Source: Planctomycetota bacterium (GTDB lineage Bacteria; Planctomycetota; UBA1135; UBA2386). Taken from it: a DNA stretch of 64,000 bases. Positions 34,092 to 43,442 of the stretch are shown in pieces; position 1 is the stretch's first letter, and every line of letters begins with the position of its first letter. A program made the position numbers and the translations under genes. The notes under the pieces are model-generated. The model did not search any database, was not told where the DNA came from, and saw nothing but the letters and a program-made list of their open reading frames with translations. The stretch spans positions 3,584,001-3,648,000 of the forward strand of contig JBKAGP010000001.1 of NCBI GenBank assembly GCA_046290465.1. Direction: 5' to 3'.

Positions 34092-35066
34092 ATGGAGAGA
34101 ACCGCCCCCGGTCGAGCCCTGCTCGGTCTCGTCGCTGCCGCAACCCTGCTGCCCCATCCGCTCGCTGCCCAGCGCGGTGGCGATGCACCGGGCGTGCAGC
34201 ACGTCGTCGTGGCGACCGATGCCGACGACGAGCAGGTCGATGCCGCGCTGGAGCAGATCAAGAAGACGATCCTGCCGATCAGCTGGGAGCCGAAGTGCGA
34301 CGACGACGAACGGCGCCGCGACAAGTACCTCAAGAAGTGGCAGGCCGTCGTCAGCGGCCACTACATCGTGTTCACCAACGGGCCGAAGGCGTCGTGCAAG
34401 AAGTACGCGGTCACCCTCGAGAAGCTCTACAAGGTGATCCAGAAGGAGCTGCCGTTCGAAGACCCGGACCACCTGCTGGTCGCCTACATCTTCAAGGATC
34501 CGGAGGACTACTACCGGTTCACGGTCGAGGTCACCGGTTGGCCCGAAGCGTCCGCGCGCGCGACCGCCGGCCACGCGCTGCCCAGCTACTACGCGACCTA
34601 CTACGAGTCCCCGCGGGCGCCGACGGTCTACCACGAAGCCGCGCACGAGATCGTCGGCGCGTGCCTGAAGGTCAACGGCGTCGGCTCGTGGTTCCAGGAG
34701 GGCCTGGCCGTCTACTTCGAGAAGCAGATGACCAACCAGGGCCTCGGCAAGTGCCGCAGCGACGTCAAGCGCGGCGACTACTACCCGCTGAAGGAGTTCT
34801 TCGCGATCCGCACGCTGCTGGCCGACCGGAACGGCAACGGCCATCGCAACTACGACCACGCGGGCGACCTGCTCGACTTCCTGATCAACACCGACGAGGA
34901 GCCGGTGGCGGGCAGGTTCGGCGACTTCCTGAAGGCCGCGTGCACCCAGGGCCACGGCCTGGCACGAGGCCCGGCCGTCAGCGCGCGCCTGGTGCAGCGC
35001 GTCTACGGCCTGTCGGTCGAGCAGCTCGAGGAAGTCTGGATGAAGCACCTGCGCATCAAGCGCTGA
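34092..35066 (+). CDS. Exported DUF1570/gluzincin-like HExxH protein
   Basis: Signal peptide; YHEAAHE followed by WFQEGLAVYFE. Confidence 0.72.
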   Translation: MERTAPGRALLGLVAAATLLPHPLAAQRGGDAPGVQHVVVATDADDEQVDAALEQIKKTILPISWEPKCDDDERRRDKYLKKWQAVVSGHYIVFTNGPKASCKKYAVTLEKLYKVIQKELPFEDPDHLLVAYIFKDPEDYYRFTVEVTGWPEASARATAGHALPSYYATYYESPRAPTVYHEAAHEIVGACLKVNGVGSWFQEGLAVYFEKQMTNQGLGKCRSDVKRGDYYPLKEFFAIRTLLADRNGNGHRNYDHAGDLLDFLINTDEEPVAGRFGDFLKAACTQGHGLARGPAVSARLVQRVYGLSVEQLEEVWMKHLRIKR

Positions 35067-35134
35067 GTGCGCGGCGCGCCGGCAGGCCCATGGCTGGCAC
35101 TACCGCACGCGCTGGCTAGACTGCCCGCGCATCC

Positions 35135-36565
35135 ATGGCCCCGACCGTTCGCACCGCCGTGCAGGCCCTGCTGGTCCTGCTGCCGATCGCCGTCCTCGCG
35201 GCACTGATCGCGTGCTACGGCGTCGACGTGCCGCTGAACGACCAGTGGGCGCTGGTCGGGCGGGTCGAGCGAGCGTGCACCGAAGGGCTGACGTGGAACG
35301 ACGTGGTCACGCCCCACCACGAGCACTGGATGCCGGTGCCGATGGCGCTGATGCTCGCGCTCGCGTCCTGGACGGACTGGAACTGCAGGGCCGAACTGCT
35401 GGTCAACGGCGTGCTCGGCCTGTGCGCCTTCGCGCCGATCGCGTGGCGCGTGGTCGCGGCACAGCGCGAACGTGGCGAGGGCACGCTGCTGGCCCTGCCG
35501 ACGGCGGCGCTGATCACGACCGCGATCACCCAGCATCAGAACTGGCTCTGGGGCCTGCAGGTCTCGTCGCTGCTGTGCGTCGCGAGTGCGCTCGCGGGTC
35601 TGCACCTGATCAGCACGGAGCGACCGTCGCCGCTGCGCCTGGTCGCGGCGATCCTGGCGGCCGTCGTCGCCAGCGGCTCGCAGTTCCAGGGCAACCTCGT
35701 CTGGCCTGCCGGCCTGCTCGCGATCCTGATGGCGCACGGCGGCGTGCGCGGTGCGCTGCGCACGCTGCTGGTCTGGTCGGGATGCATGCTCGCCGTCGCG
35801 GCCAACGCCTACCGACTGCTGCAGACGGACTCCGACACCGGCGCGTTCGTGGAGGCTCCGTGGGACGCCGCGCGCTACGTGCTCGTCTACCTCGGCGCGC
35901 CGTTGGCCGGCCCGTCGGAAACGTGGTCTTTGCTGTGCGGAGCCGTCGGCTGCGTCGCGGCGATCGCGCTGTTGCCGCGCACCCGCGCACCGCGCACCCG
36001 CCCGTTCGTGCTCGCGCTGCTGGCGTTCTCGATCGGCGCCGCGGCGGTCACGGCGATCGGTCGCCTGGGCACCTCGACCGAGCAGGCGCGCGCCTCGCGC
36101 TACCTCTCCTATGCGACGCCGATGTGGATCGCGGTGACGATCCTGCTGGCGTCGGCCCGGCTGCCGGCCCGGATCCGGACGGCGTTGCTGGCGCTGATCT
36201 ACCTCGCCATCGCCACCTGCTGCGTGCTCTCGCTCGAGGTCATCGGCAGGCAGAGCCGCGCGCGGCAGGCTGCACGCGACCACTTCCTGGCGCAGCGAGA
36301 CGCGATCCCGGACGACCTCGCCGCGTTCGCGCCGGCGTTCGCCGACCCCGAACTGCTCGTGCTCCTGCAGCAGGTCGGCGGCGAGCCCTCCCGCCTCTAC
36401 ACCGAACGCCCCGACGAGATCCAGCGGTTGCTCGAACGGCACGGTCTCGCCTTCGTCGACGCCCGGCACCTCGGCACGATGCACAAGGACCACCAGCTCG
36501 TGCGCGCTGGACTGGTCACGCTGAAGCGACGCGGGCTGTCGGTGTTCCGCGGCGATCCGCCGTAG
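35135..36565 (+). CDS. Multi-pass membrane protein, possible GT-C-type glycosyltransferase
   Basis: First loop DVPLNDQW and PHHEHW..P, about 11 hydrophobic segments, GR...SRY motif. Confidence 0.6.
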   Translation: MAPTVRTAVQALLVLLPIAVLAALIACYGVDVPLNDQWALVGRVERACTEGLTWNDVVTPHHEHWMPVPMALMLALASWTDWNCRAELLVNGVLGLCAFAPIAWRVVAAQRERGEGTLLALPTAALITTAITQHQNWLWGLQVSSLLCVASALAGLHLISTERPSPLRLVAAILAAVVASGSQFQGNLVWPAGLLAILMAHGGVRGALRTLLVWSGCMLAVAANAYRLLQTDSDTGAFVEAPWDAARYVLVYLGAPLAGPSETWSLLCGAVGCVAAIALLPRTRAPRTRPFVLALLAFSIGAAAVTAIGRLGTSTEQARASRYLSYATPMWIAVTILLASARLPARIRTALLALIYLAIATCCVLSLEVIGRQSRARQAARDHFLAQRDAIPDDLAAFAPAFADPELLVLLQQVGGEPSRLYTERPDEIQRLLERHGLAFVDARHLGTMHKDHQLVRAGLVTLKRRGLSVFRGDPP

Positions 36566-36721
36566 CGCGCAGCCCGGCCCCGGGACCGGACCGCCCGCAG
36601 GCGTCAGAAAATGGTCTCCGAGCCGCCGAACCGGCCCGGACGCGACGCGACGCTGGCCATCGACGACCTCCTACGTAGATTGCCGCGCCCCCATGAACCG
36701 CAACGCCCCCCACTCCGGCTC

Positions 36722-38881
36722 GTGATCCGCACCTCTCTCACCATCACGTGCCTCGCCGTCGGCAGCGCACTCGCCCAGTCACAGAACCCCAACACCGACC
36801 CGCAGGATCCGCCGGGCCAGCAGCCGAAGCCCGCGCAGGCCGCCGAGCTGCCCGAACAGGTGTTCGTCTCCGCCGAGAAGTGGAACGGCCCGGCAGCCCA
36901 GGACGTGCCGCGCAGCTTCACGCCGATCTCCGAGCGCCTGCGCAAGGACGCCGGCATCACGTCGATCGAGGAGGCCGCGCGGTTCGTGCCCAACGCGCTG
37001 GTCACCGGCTTCACCGCGCGGCGGCTGAGCTTTCCGTACGTGCGCGGCGTCGGTTCGGGCCAGGGTGACCCAGCGGTCGCGACGTTCGTCGACGACGTGC
37101 CTCAGCTGAGCATCAGCAGCACCAACCTGTCGCTGGTCGGCCTCGACCGCATCGAGATCCTGCGCGGCCCGTCGGGCGCCTTGTGGGGTCGCAACACGAT
37201 CGGCGGCGCGATCAACCTGATCACCAAGGAGCCCGAGTTCCAGAACGGCGCCGAGCTGTTCGCGTCGGTCGGCAACTTCAACTCACAGCGCTACGAGGTG
37301 CGGGCCACCGGCCCGATCACCGAGGACTCGCTCGCCGCCAGCGTGTCGGCGTCGTACGAGCGGCGCGACGGCTTCACCGACAACACCTTCACCGGCAACG
37401 ACGTCGACTTCCGCGAGAGCACGTTCGCCCGCGGTCAGGTGCTGTGGGCGCCCGACGACGACAACACGGTGCGCTTCGTGCTCTACGGCGAAGGCACGCG
37501 CGACGGCGGCTTCGTGCTGTCCGACGTCGGCGGCCTGCGCAGCAACCCTTACCGCATCAACCAGGACTTCGAGGGCAGCACCGACCGCGACATCCTGGCT
37601 GCGTCGGTGATCTGGGAGCACACCGGCGACGGCTTCGACTTCACGTCGATCACGTCGGCCCAGACCTGGGAGATCGACGAGACGTCGGACTTCGACTTCT
37701 CGCAGATCGACGGCGTGCGCCGCTACACCAGCGAGGAGGAGGACTACGCCTACCAGGAGTTCCGCCTGCAGTCGAACGGCGACTACGACCCGAGCGACCG
37801 CGACGCGACCGGCATGCGCTGGCTCGCGGGGGTCAGCGGCTTCTACAGCGACGAGCAACGCTCGGCCGCCAACGAGTTCCGCCCCGGCGGCGCCGGCATC
37901 ATCTTCGCGCCGAGCATGGTCGGCACCGACCGCAGCGTCGGCGACTTCCAGAGCTACGCGCTGAGCGCGTTCGGCCAGGTGTCGATGCTGCTCGGCAGCG
38001 GCCTCGAGGTGTCCGGCGCGGTGCGCTACGACTACGAGGACAAGAAGGCGGGCATCAACCGCACGTTCAGCGTCAGCGGCTTCGCGTCGCCGCTGGCGAC
38101 GACCAGCCAGAGCCGTTCGTTCGACCGCGTGCTGCCGCGCGCCAGCATCACCTGGCGCGCCAACGACGACGTCACGTCGTACTTCACGATCGCGCGCGGC
38201 TTCAAGGCGGGCGGCTTCAACCTGACCGCGCCGTCGGGGCAGGAGTCGTTCGGCGTCGAGAGCAGCTGGACCTACGAACTCGGCGTCAAGTCGCGCTGGC
38301 TCGACGATCGGGTGCAGGCCAACGCAGCGGTGTTCTTCGTCGACTGGGACGACATGCAGCTGAGCCAGTTCGATCCGATGGCCGGCGGCTTCGTCAGCAA
38401 CGCCGGCGAGTCGACCAGCCAGGGCATCGAGCTCGAACTGGTCGGCGAGGCCACCGACGAGCTGACCGTGTTCGGCACCGCCGGCTACCTCGACACCGAG
38501 TTCGACCGCTTCACCGACCAGTTCGGCCAGGACGTGTCCGGTCGCAGCCTGCCGTTCGCGCCCGAGTGGACGTTCGGCGCGGGCGCGCAGTATCGCCAGC
38601 GCATCGACGACGACCTCGCCGCGTTCGCGCGCATCGACTACTTCCACGTCGGCGAGTTCTACTACGACGCCGGCAACCTCGGCCGCGAGCGCTACAACCT
38701 GACCAACCTGCGCATCGGCGTCGACTACGAGAACTGGCGCGTCGACCTGTTCATGCACAACGCCTTCGACGAGGAATACGTGTCGCTCGCGTTCCAGGCC
38801 AACCCGGCCGACCCGACCCAGTTCGTCGGCCAGAACGGCGCGCCGCGGACCTATGGCCTGTCGGTGCGCGTGACGTTCTAG
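36722..38881 (+). CDS. TonB-dependent receptor
   Basis: TonB-box-like EQVFVSAEK, plug RIEILRGPSGALWGRNTIGGAINLIT, GFKAGGFN, NAFDEEY, C-terminal PRTYGLSVRVTF. Start uncertain (36611-36722). Confidence 0.93.
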   Translation: MIRTSLTITCLAVGSALAQSQNPNTDPQDPPGQQPKPAQAAELPEQVFVSAEKWNGPAAQDVPRSFTPISERLRKDAGITSIEEAARFVPNALVTGFTARRLSFPYVRGVGSGQGDPAVATFVDDVPQLSISSTNLSLVGLDRIEILRGPSGALWGRNTIGGAINLITKEPEFQNGAELFASVGNFNSQRYEVRATGPITEDSLAASVSASYERRDGFTDNTFTGNDVDFRESTFARGQVLWAPDDDNTVRFVLYGEGTRDGGFVLSDVGGLRSNPYRINQDFEGSTDRDILAASVIWEHTGDGFDFTSITSAQTWEIDETSDFDFSQIDGVRRYTSEEEDYAYQEFRLQSNGDYDPSDRDATGMRWLAGVSGFYSDEQRSAANEFRPGGAGIIFAPSMVGTDRSVGDFQSYALSAFGQVSMLLGSGLEVSGAVRYDYEDKKAGINRTFSVSGFASPLATTSQSRSFDRVLPRASITWRANDDVTSYFTIARGFKAGGFNLTAPSGQESFGVESSWTYELGVKSRWLDDRVQANAAVFFVDWDDMQLSQFDPMAGGFVSNAGESTSQGIELELVGEATDELTVFGTAGYLDTEFDRFTDQFGQDVSGRSLPFAPEWTFGAGAQYRQRIDDDLAAFARIDYFHVGEFYYDAGNLGRERYNLTNLRIGVDYENWRVDLFMHNAFDEEYVSLAFQANPADPTQFVGQNGAPRTYGLSVRVTF

Positions 38882-38895
38882 CGCGAACTCGGGAA

Positions 38896-38960
38896 CCGAT
38901 CGTGGCGGTGCCGCGGTCGCCGCGATCGGCAGCTGCAGCGCAGCCAGCCAACGCTGCGCT
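38896..38960 (+). terminator. Two tandem GC-rich hairpins downstream of the TonB receptor
   Basis: CCGATCGTGGCG/CGCCGCGATCGG (38896-38929) and AGCGCAGC/GCTGCGCT (38937-38960); no U-tract. Confidence 0.35.
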
Positions 38961-39066
38961 CGGACGCGAGGCGAGCCCGGGCCGGCACGCCCGACAGCCT
39001 GCTTGCCGATGCCGCTTCGCACGGATTTCGCGAGACGGCCGCCGGGCGCCCTCGATTGCTCCCGGC

Positions 39067-41928
39067 ATGCGACACCTCATGCTCGGCTGGATCCTGTCCG
39101 GCCTGTTCGTTGCGAGCCTCGACGCCCAGTCCCAGCTCGACACCTTCGCCGCCCCACTCGGCACCCAGTCGGCCGGCGGCGGCGCCGAAATGGCGCTGCT
39201 CGACGACCTCGACGGCGACGGCCTACGTGATCCGGTGATCGCGATGGGGCAGGCCGGCACCGGCTACCTCGACGTCCGGTCGAGCGACACCGGCGCAACG
39301 CTGCTGCTCATCGGCCCCGGAACCCAGGACTCGTCGCGGATCTCGATATCGGCGATCGACGACCTCGACGGCGACGGCTACCGCGACGTCGTCGCCGGAT
39401 TCCCCGGCCACAGCACCGGAGCCGTCGAGCGCGGCATCGTCCGGGTCTACTCCGGACGAACCGGCAAGCTGCTCCGCTCGCACGTCGGCGCCGCGGCGCA
39501 CGACGAGTTTGGCTACGAAGTCTGCGCGATCGGCGATGCCAACTCCGACGGCGTCGCCGACTACGCGGTGGGAGCCCCCGGCGTGACCAGCACGCTGGTG
39601 CCGTTCGCCGGGCCCGACGCCGGCGCGGTCACCGTGTTCTCCGGCACCGACGGCAGCCAGATCGACTACCGCGAGACCGTCAACAGCAGCCGCATGGGCA
39701 TCGCATTGGCGCTGCTCGGCGACCTCGACGGCGACGGCCGACCAACGCTGGCGATCGGAGCGCCCGGCCTCGACCGGGTGTTCGTCTACGAGGTGCTCGG
39801 CAACCAGCCCACGACGATGCTGACCAGCACGCCGGGCACGGAGTTCGGCGCCGCGCTCGCCAGCGTCGGCGACGTCGACGGCGACGGCCGCCGCGACCTG
39901 GCCATCGGCCAGCCGAGCTTCCAACTGCCGTCGAATGGCACGCCGGGCGGCCGCGTCGCGGTGCACGGCTCGGTCTCGGGCAACGTGCTGCTGTCCGACA
40001 CTGGCTGGTCGGGGTACTGCCTCGGCTGGGACGTCGCCGACCCGGGTGACGTCGACGGCGACGGCGTCGGCGACGTGCTCGTTTCGAGCGCCGGCAACTG
40101 GCTCGGCGGCGCGTCGGCGCCATACGGCCTGATGCGGATCCTGTCGGGCGCGAACGGCAACGTGCTCGAGGAACTCACTCCCGGTGGCGCCTGGTGGGGC
40201 TTCGCGCTGGCCGAGGATGCCGACCAGGACGGCCACGACGACCTGTGGATGACGTATCGCTGGGATGGCCTGTTCTACCGCGACCCGGTTCCGGGGGATG
40301 GCCAATGGCCCGCCCCGCTGAGCATCGCCGCGGGCGGCCAACGCTATGGCGAAGCCGTCGCGATGCTCGACGACCTCGACGGCGACGGCCGCCCGGAGAT
40401 CGCCGTCGGCGGCCCGCACGCGACCCCCGGGGACCTCGCCGATCAGGGCTCCGTGCGCGTCTATTCCGGGACCAACGTGCTCTATGCGCTCGACGGCGCG
40501 TTCGGCGAACAGATGGGCACCGCGGTGGTCGCGCTCGGCGACCTCGACGACGACGGCGTCGGGGAGTTCGCGATCGGACGACCGCGCGCGAGGTTCGGCA
40601 ATACGGTGGTCGGCGCGGCTTCGATCTACTCTGGCGCCACCGGGCAGCCGCTGCGCCACCACTTCGGTGTGACGTGGGGCGATCGCTTCGGCGCCGCCAT
40701 CGCCCGCGTGCCGGACACCGACGGCGACGGGGTCGACGACTATGCCATCGGCGCCCCCGCCGTCACGGTCGCAGCCGGCCCGGTCAACGCCGGCCGTGTG
40801 AGCGTCTACTCGGGCGCGACCGGGGCCCACCGCTACAGCATCGACGGGACGATGCGGAACGGCACGTTCGGCGCGGCGCTGGCGGGCAGCGACGATCTCG
40901 ACGGCGACGGCCGTGGCGAACTGTTGATCGGTGCTCCGGGCGAGACGGCGTCGCTGCTGCTCGTCGGCGCAGGCCGCGTGCACCTGCGTTCTGGGGCGAG
41001 CGGGCCGTCGCTCGGCATCGTCGGCGGTGGCCAGCCGTCGATGCGATTCGGCGCCGCGGTCGCCAGCATCGGCGACATCGACGGCGACGGCGCTGCCGAG
41101 TGGCTCGCCGGTGCTCCGCGGTTCCGCGCGGTCGCGCGCGGCGACGGTCGCGCCCAGCTGCACGACGGTGCCAGCGGTGCGACGATCTGGTCCGGCGACG
41201 GCGCGTTCCAATCGCGACTCGGCAGCTCGGTCGCGGCATGCGGAGACATCGACAACGACGGGATCGTCGACTTCGCCGTCGGCGAACCGCGCGGCATCGA
41301 CCCGTTCGCCGGCAACGTGCCCGGCCGCGTGCGTCTCTACTCGGGCGCGACGACGTCGTGGTACCAGACGCTGCAGGGCAGCGAGGACGGCGCCCGCTTC
41401 GGGCGCGCCGTCGCCAGCGGATGCGACCTCGACGGGGACCGGATGGCGGACTTCGTCATCGGCTCGCCGGACACCGAGGTCTCGACGCCCGGCTGGGATC
41501 CCGCCACCGGCGCGACCTCCACCTGGACCGCGCGCGAACTCGGCAGCGAAGCGTTCGGCAGCGGCACCGGTGGCTGCGCGGGTGATCACGTGCTGACGCT
41601 GCTGAGCACGGTCAAGCCCGGCCAGCCGATGAAGCTGCGCTACTCGGGCATGTCGGCGACGACGTTCCCGATCCTGGGCGTCGGCACGCCGCTGCCGTCC
41701 CCGGGTCTGCCGGTGCTCGGGTTCCTGGCCCACGTGCAGTCCCAGTTCACGCTCGGTCTGCCGCTGCCGATCGGCACGCACGGCGCCCACGCCGAGCCGA
41801 TCCCGAACGATCCCAACCTGGTCGGCGCGCAGCTGCACATGCAGGTCTTCGCGCTGTGGCTCGCCGGCTGCGCCCAGCTGCCGTTCGACCTGTCGAGTTC
41901 GAACGGCCTGACCGTGACGGTGCTGTGA
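39067..41928 (+). CDS. Secreted FG-GAP / integrin-alpha repeat protein (probably two propellers) with C-terminal beta-sandwich-like domain
   Basis: ATG 39067 with signal peptide; about 12-13 DxDGDG Ca-binding loops with FG...GAP motifs. Confidence 0.9.
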   Translation: MRHLMLGWILSGLFVASLDAQSQLDTFAAPLGTQSAGGGAEMALLDDLDGDGLRDPVIAMGQAGTGYLDVRSSDTGATLLLIGPGTQDSSRISISAIDDLDGDGYRDVVAGFPGHSTGAVERGIVRVYSGRTGKLLRSHVGAAAHDEFGYEVCAIGDANSDGVADYAVGAPGVTSTLVPFAGPDAGAVTVFSGTDGSQIDYRETVNSSRMGIALALLGDLDGDGRPTLAIGAPGLDRVFVYEVLGNQPTTMLTSTPGTEFGAALASVGDVDGDGRRDLAIGQPSFQLPSNGTPGGRVAVHGSVSGNVLLSDTGWSGYCLGWDVADPGDVDGDGVGDVLVSSAGNWLGGASAPYGLMRILSGANGNVLEELTPGGAWWGFALAEDADQDGHDDLWMTYRWDGLFYRDPVPGDGQWPAPLSIAAGGQRYGEAVAMLDDLDGDGRPEIAVGGPHATPGDLADQGSVRVYSGTNVLYALDGAFGEQMGTAVVALGDLDDDGVGEFAIGRPRARFGNTVVGAASIYSGATGQPLRHHFGVTWGDRFGAAIARVPDTDGDGVDDYAIGAPAVTVAAGPVNAGRVSVYSGATGAHRYSIDGTMRNGTFGAALAGSDDLDGDGRGELLIGAPGETASLLLVGAGRVHLRSGASGPSLGIVGGGQPSMRFGAAVASIGDIDGDGAAEWLAGAPRFRAVARGDGRAQLHDGASGATIWSGDGAFQSRLGSSVAACGDIDNDGIVDFAVGEPRGIDPFAGNVPGRVRLYSGATTSWYQTLQGSEDGARFGRAVASGCDLDGDRMADFVIGSPDTEVSTPGWDPATGATSTWTARELGSEAFGSGTGGCAGDHVLTLLSTVKPGQPMKLRYSGMSATTFPILGVGTPLPSPGLPVLGFLAHVQSQFTLGLPLPIGTHGAHAEPIPNDPNLVGAQLHMQVFALWLAGCAQLPFDLSSSNGLTVTVL

Positions 41929-41950
41929 CCAACGCCCCTGGTCTTCAGAG

Positions 41951-43396
41951 CTAGCGGCCGACGCAGAACAGCTTCTCGTTGGTCCGGATCAGCACGTCGC
42001 CGTGCGCGACGACGATCGACGAACGGATGTGGTCGTCGTCGTCGCTGCCCATCGCGACCTGGTGCGTGACCTTGCCGCTCTCGGCGTCGAGCACGATGAC
42101 CAGGCCGTTGTGGTCGATGCACCAGACGCGGCCGTCGGCGACCGTCGGGCTGGCGCGCCACAGGTGGTCCTTGGGCATCGGCGTCGTCCACAGCACCTCA
42201 CCGTCCGTGGCGCGCACGCGCGAGATCGCCGAGCGCACGTCGCTGAGCACGAAGAAGCAGCCGTCGTGGAAGGCCGGCGTCGGCACGTCGCTCGACACCG
42301 GGTTGGGGCGGCCGCCGCTCTTCCAGACCATCGCGTCGTCGTCCAGCTCGCCGGAGCCGCCGAGCCGCACCGCGTAGACCGGCGCGCGCTTCGGCGCACA
42401 GACCAGCGCGAGTCCGTCGCCGACGACGACCGACGGCACCAGCCGCCAGAACCGTTCGCGGTGGCCTTCGTTCCAGGTGCCCCAACGCCACAGCTCCTTG
42501 CCGGTCTTCGGATCGTGGCCGGTGATGACGTCCCCGCCGACCAGCAGCATCTCCTCGCGGCCGCCTTCGCCGACGAACGGGATCATCGTCGTGTCGGACT
42601 CGAGCGACTCGACCTGGGCCGGCGACGGACGCACGTGGCGGAACACGTTCTTGCCGGTCTTGACGTCGACGGCGAGCACGAACGACTCGATCGGCTCGGG
42701 CTGCTTGGCGGCGGCCGCCTCCTGCGCCTGCTTGCCGCGACCGCGTCGGCCACCGCCCGGACGACCGCGACGGATCGGCACGTCGCGCTGCAGCACCGGC
42801 AGGTAGACCAGGCCCTCGCGGTAGGTCGGGCTCGCCGCGAACGTCCAGTTGAACGCGAAGTTGCCGTAGTCCTGCTGGATGTTGCGGCGCCACAGCTCCT
42901 CGCCGGCGAAGTCGTAGGCGACCAGGTCGCCGTTGCCGAAGAAGAACACCACCCGCTGCCCGTCCGAGACCGGCGACGGCGACGCGTAGGTCGCGCGGGT
43001 GCGGGCGCCGCGCGCGATCCGCGTGCCCTGCTCGGTCGGCTTGTAGCCGCTGCCCGCGTCGCGCTGCCAGACGACCTCGCCGGTCTTACGATCGAGGCAG
43101 ATCGCGACCAGCCGTTCGCGCGCGCTGTCGACCGAGGTCACGAACACGCGGTCGCCGAGCACGATCGGCGTGCTGGCGCCGGGACCGGGCATCGTCGCCG
43201 CCCAGCGCACGTTCTGTTCGGGGCCGAACGCCTGCGGCAGCTCCTTCGCTTCGGACGCGCCGTTGTAGTGCGGGCCGCGCCAGTGCGGCCAGTCCTGCGC
43301 GACGACCGGAGCGGACAGGGCGCCGAGCAGCGTTCCGAACAGGGCGACGGCGAGAGGGGCGACGGCGAGAGGGAGACGGATGGAGGCGTGTGGCAT
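41951..43396 (-). CDS. Exported PQQ-type (BamB-like) beta-propeller protein
   Basis: Signal peptide ending VVA-Q, DWPHWRGP, repeated SP(x)n..D.KTG...W blades. Confidence 0.9.
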   Translation of the reverse strand: MPHASIRLPLAVAPLAVALFGTLLGALSAPVVAQDWPHWRGPHYNGASEAKELPQAFGPEQNVRWAATMPGPGASTPIVLGDRVFVTSVDSARERLVAICLDRKTGEVVWQRDAGSGYKPTEQGTRIARGARTRATYASPSPVSDGQRVVFFFGNGDLVAYDFAGEELWRRNIQQDYGNFAFNWTFAASPTYREGLVYLPVLQRDVPIRRGRPGGGRRGRGKQAQEAAAAKQPEPIESFVLAVDVKTGKNVFRHVRPSPAQVESLESDTTMIPFVGEGGREEMLLVGGDVITGHDPKTGKELWRWGTWNEGHRERFWRLVPSVVVGDGLALVCAPKRAPVYAVRLGGSGELDDDAMVWKSGGRPNPVSSDVPTPAFHDGCFFVLSDVRSAISRVRATDGEVLWTTPMPKDHLWRASPTVADGRVWCIDHNGLVIVLDAESGKVTHQVAMGSDDDDHIRSSIVVAHGDVLIRTNEKLFCVGR

Positions 43397-43442
43397 GGTC
43401 TGCTCCGCGGAGAATACAGGTCGATGGCACCCGTGGTCCGGC

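Noticed and set aside
37183..39066. N-terminal 628 aa of the 1581-aa track ORF, suggesting a giant fusion protein
   Set aside because: This is an off-frame Arg-rich read-through over the TonB receptor. The real FG-GAP protein starts at ATG 39067 with a signal peptide.
39190..41460. Recurring GACCTCGACGGCGACGG-like DNA repeats resembling an array
   Set aside because: They encode the DLDGDG loops of FG-GAP repeats; spacing is irregular and in frame, so this is not CRISPR.
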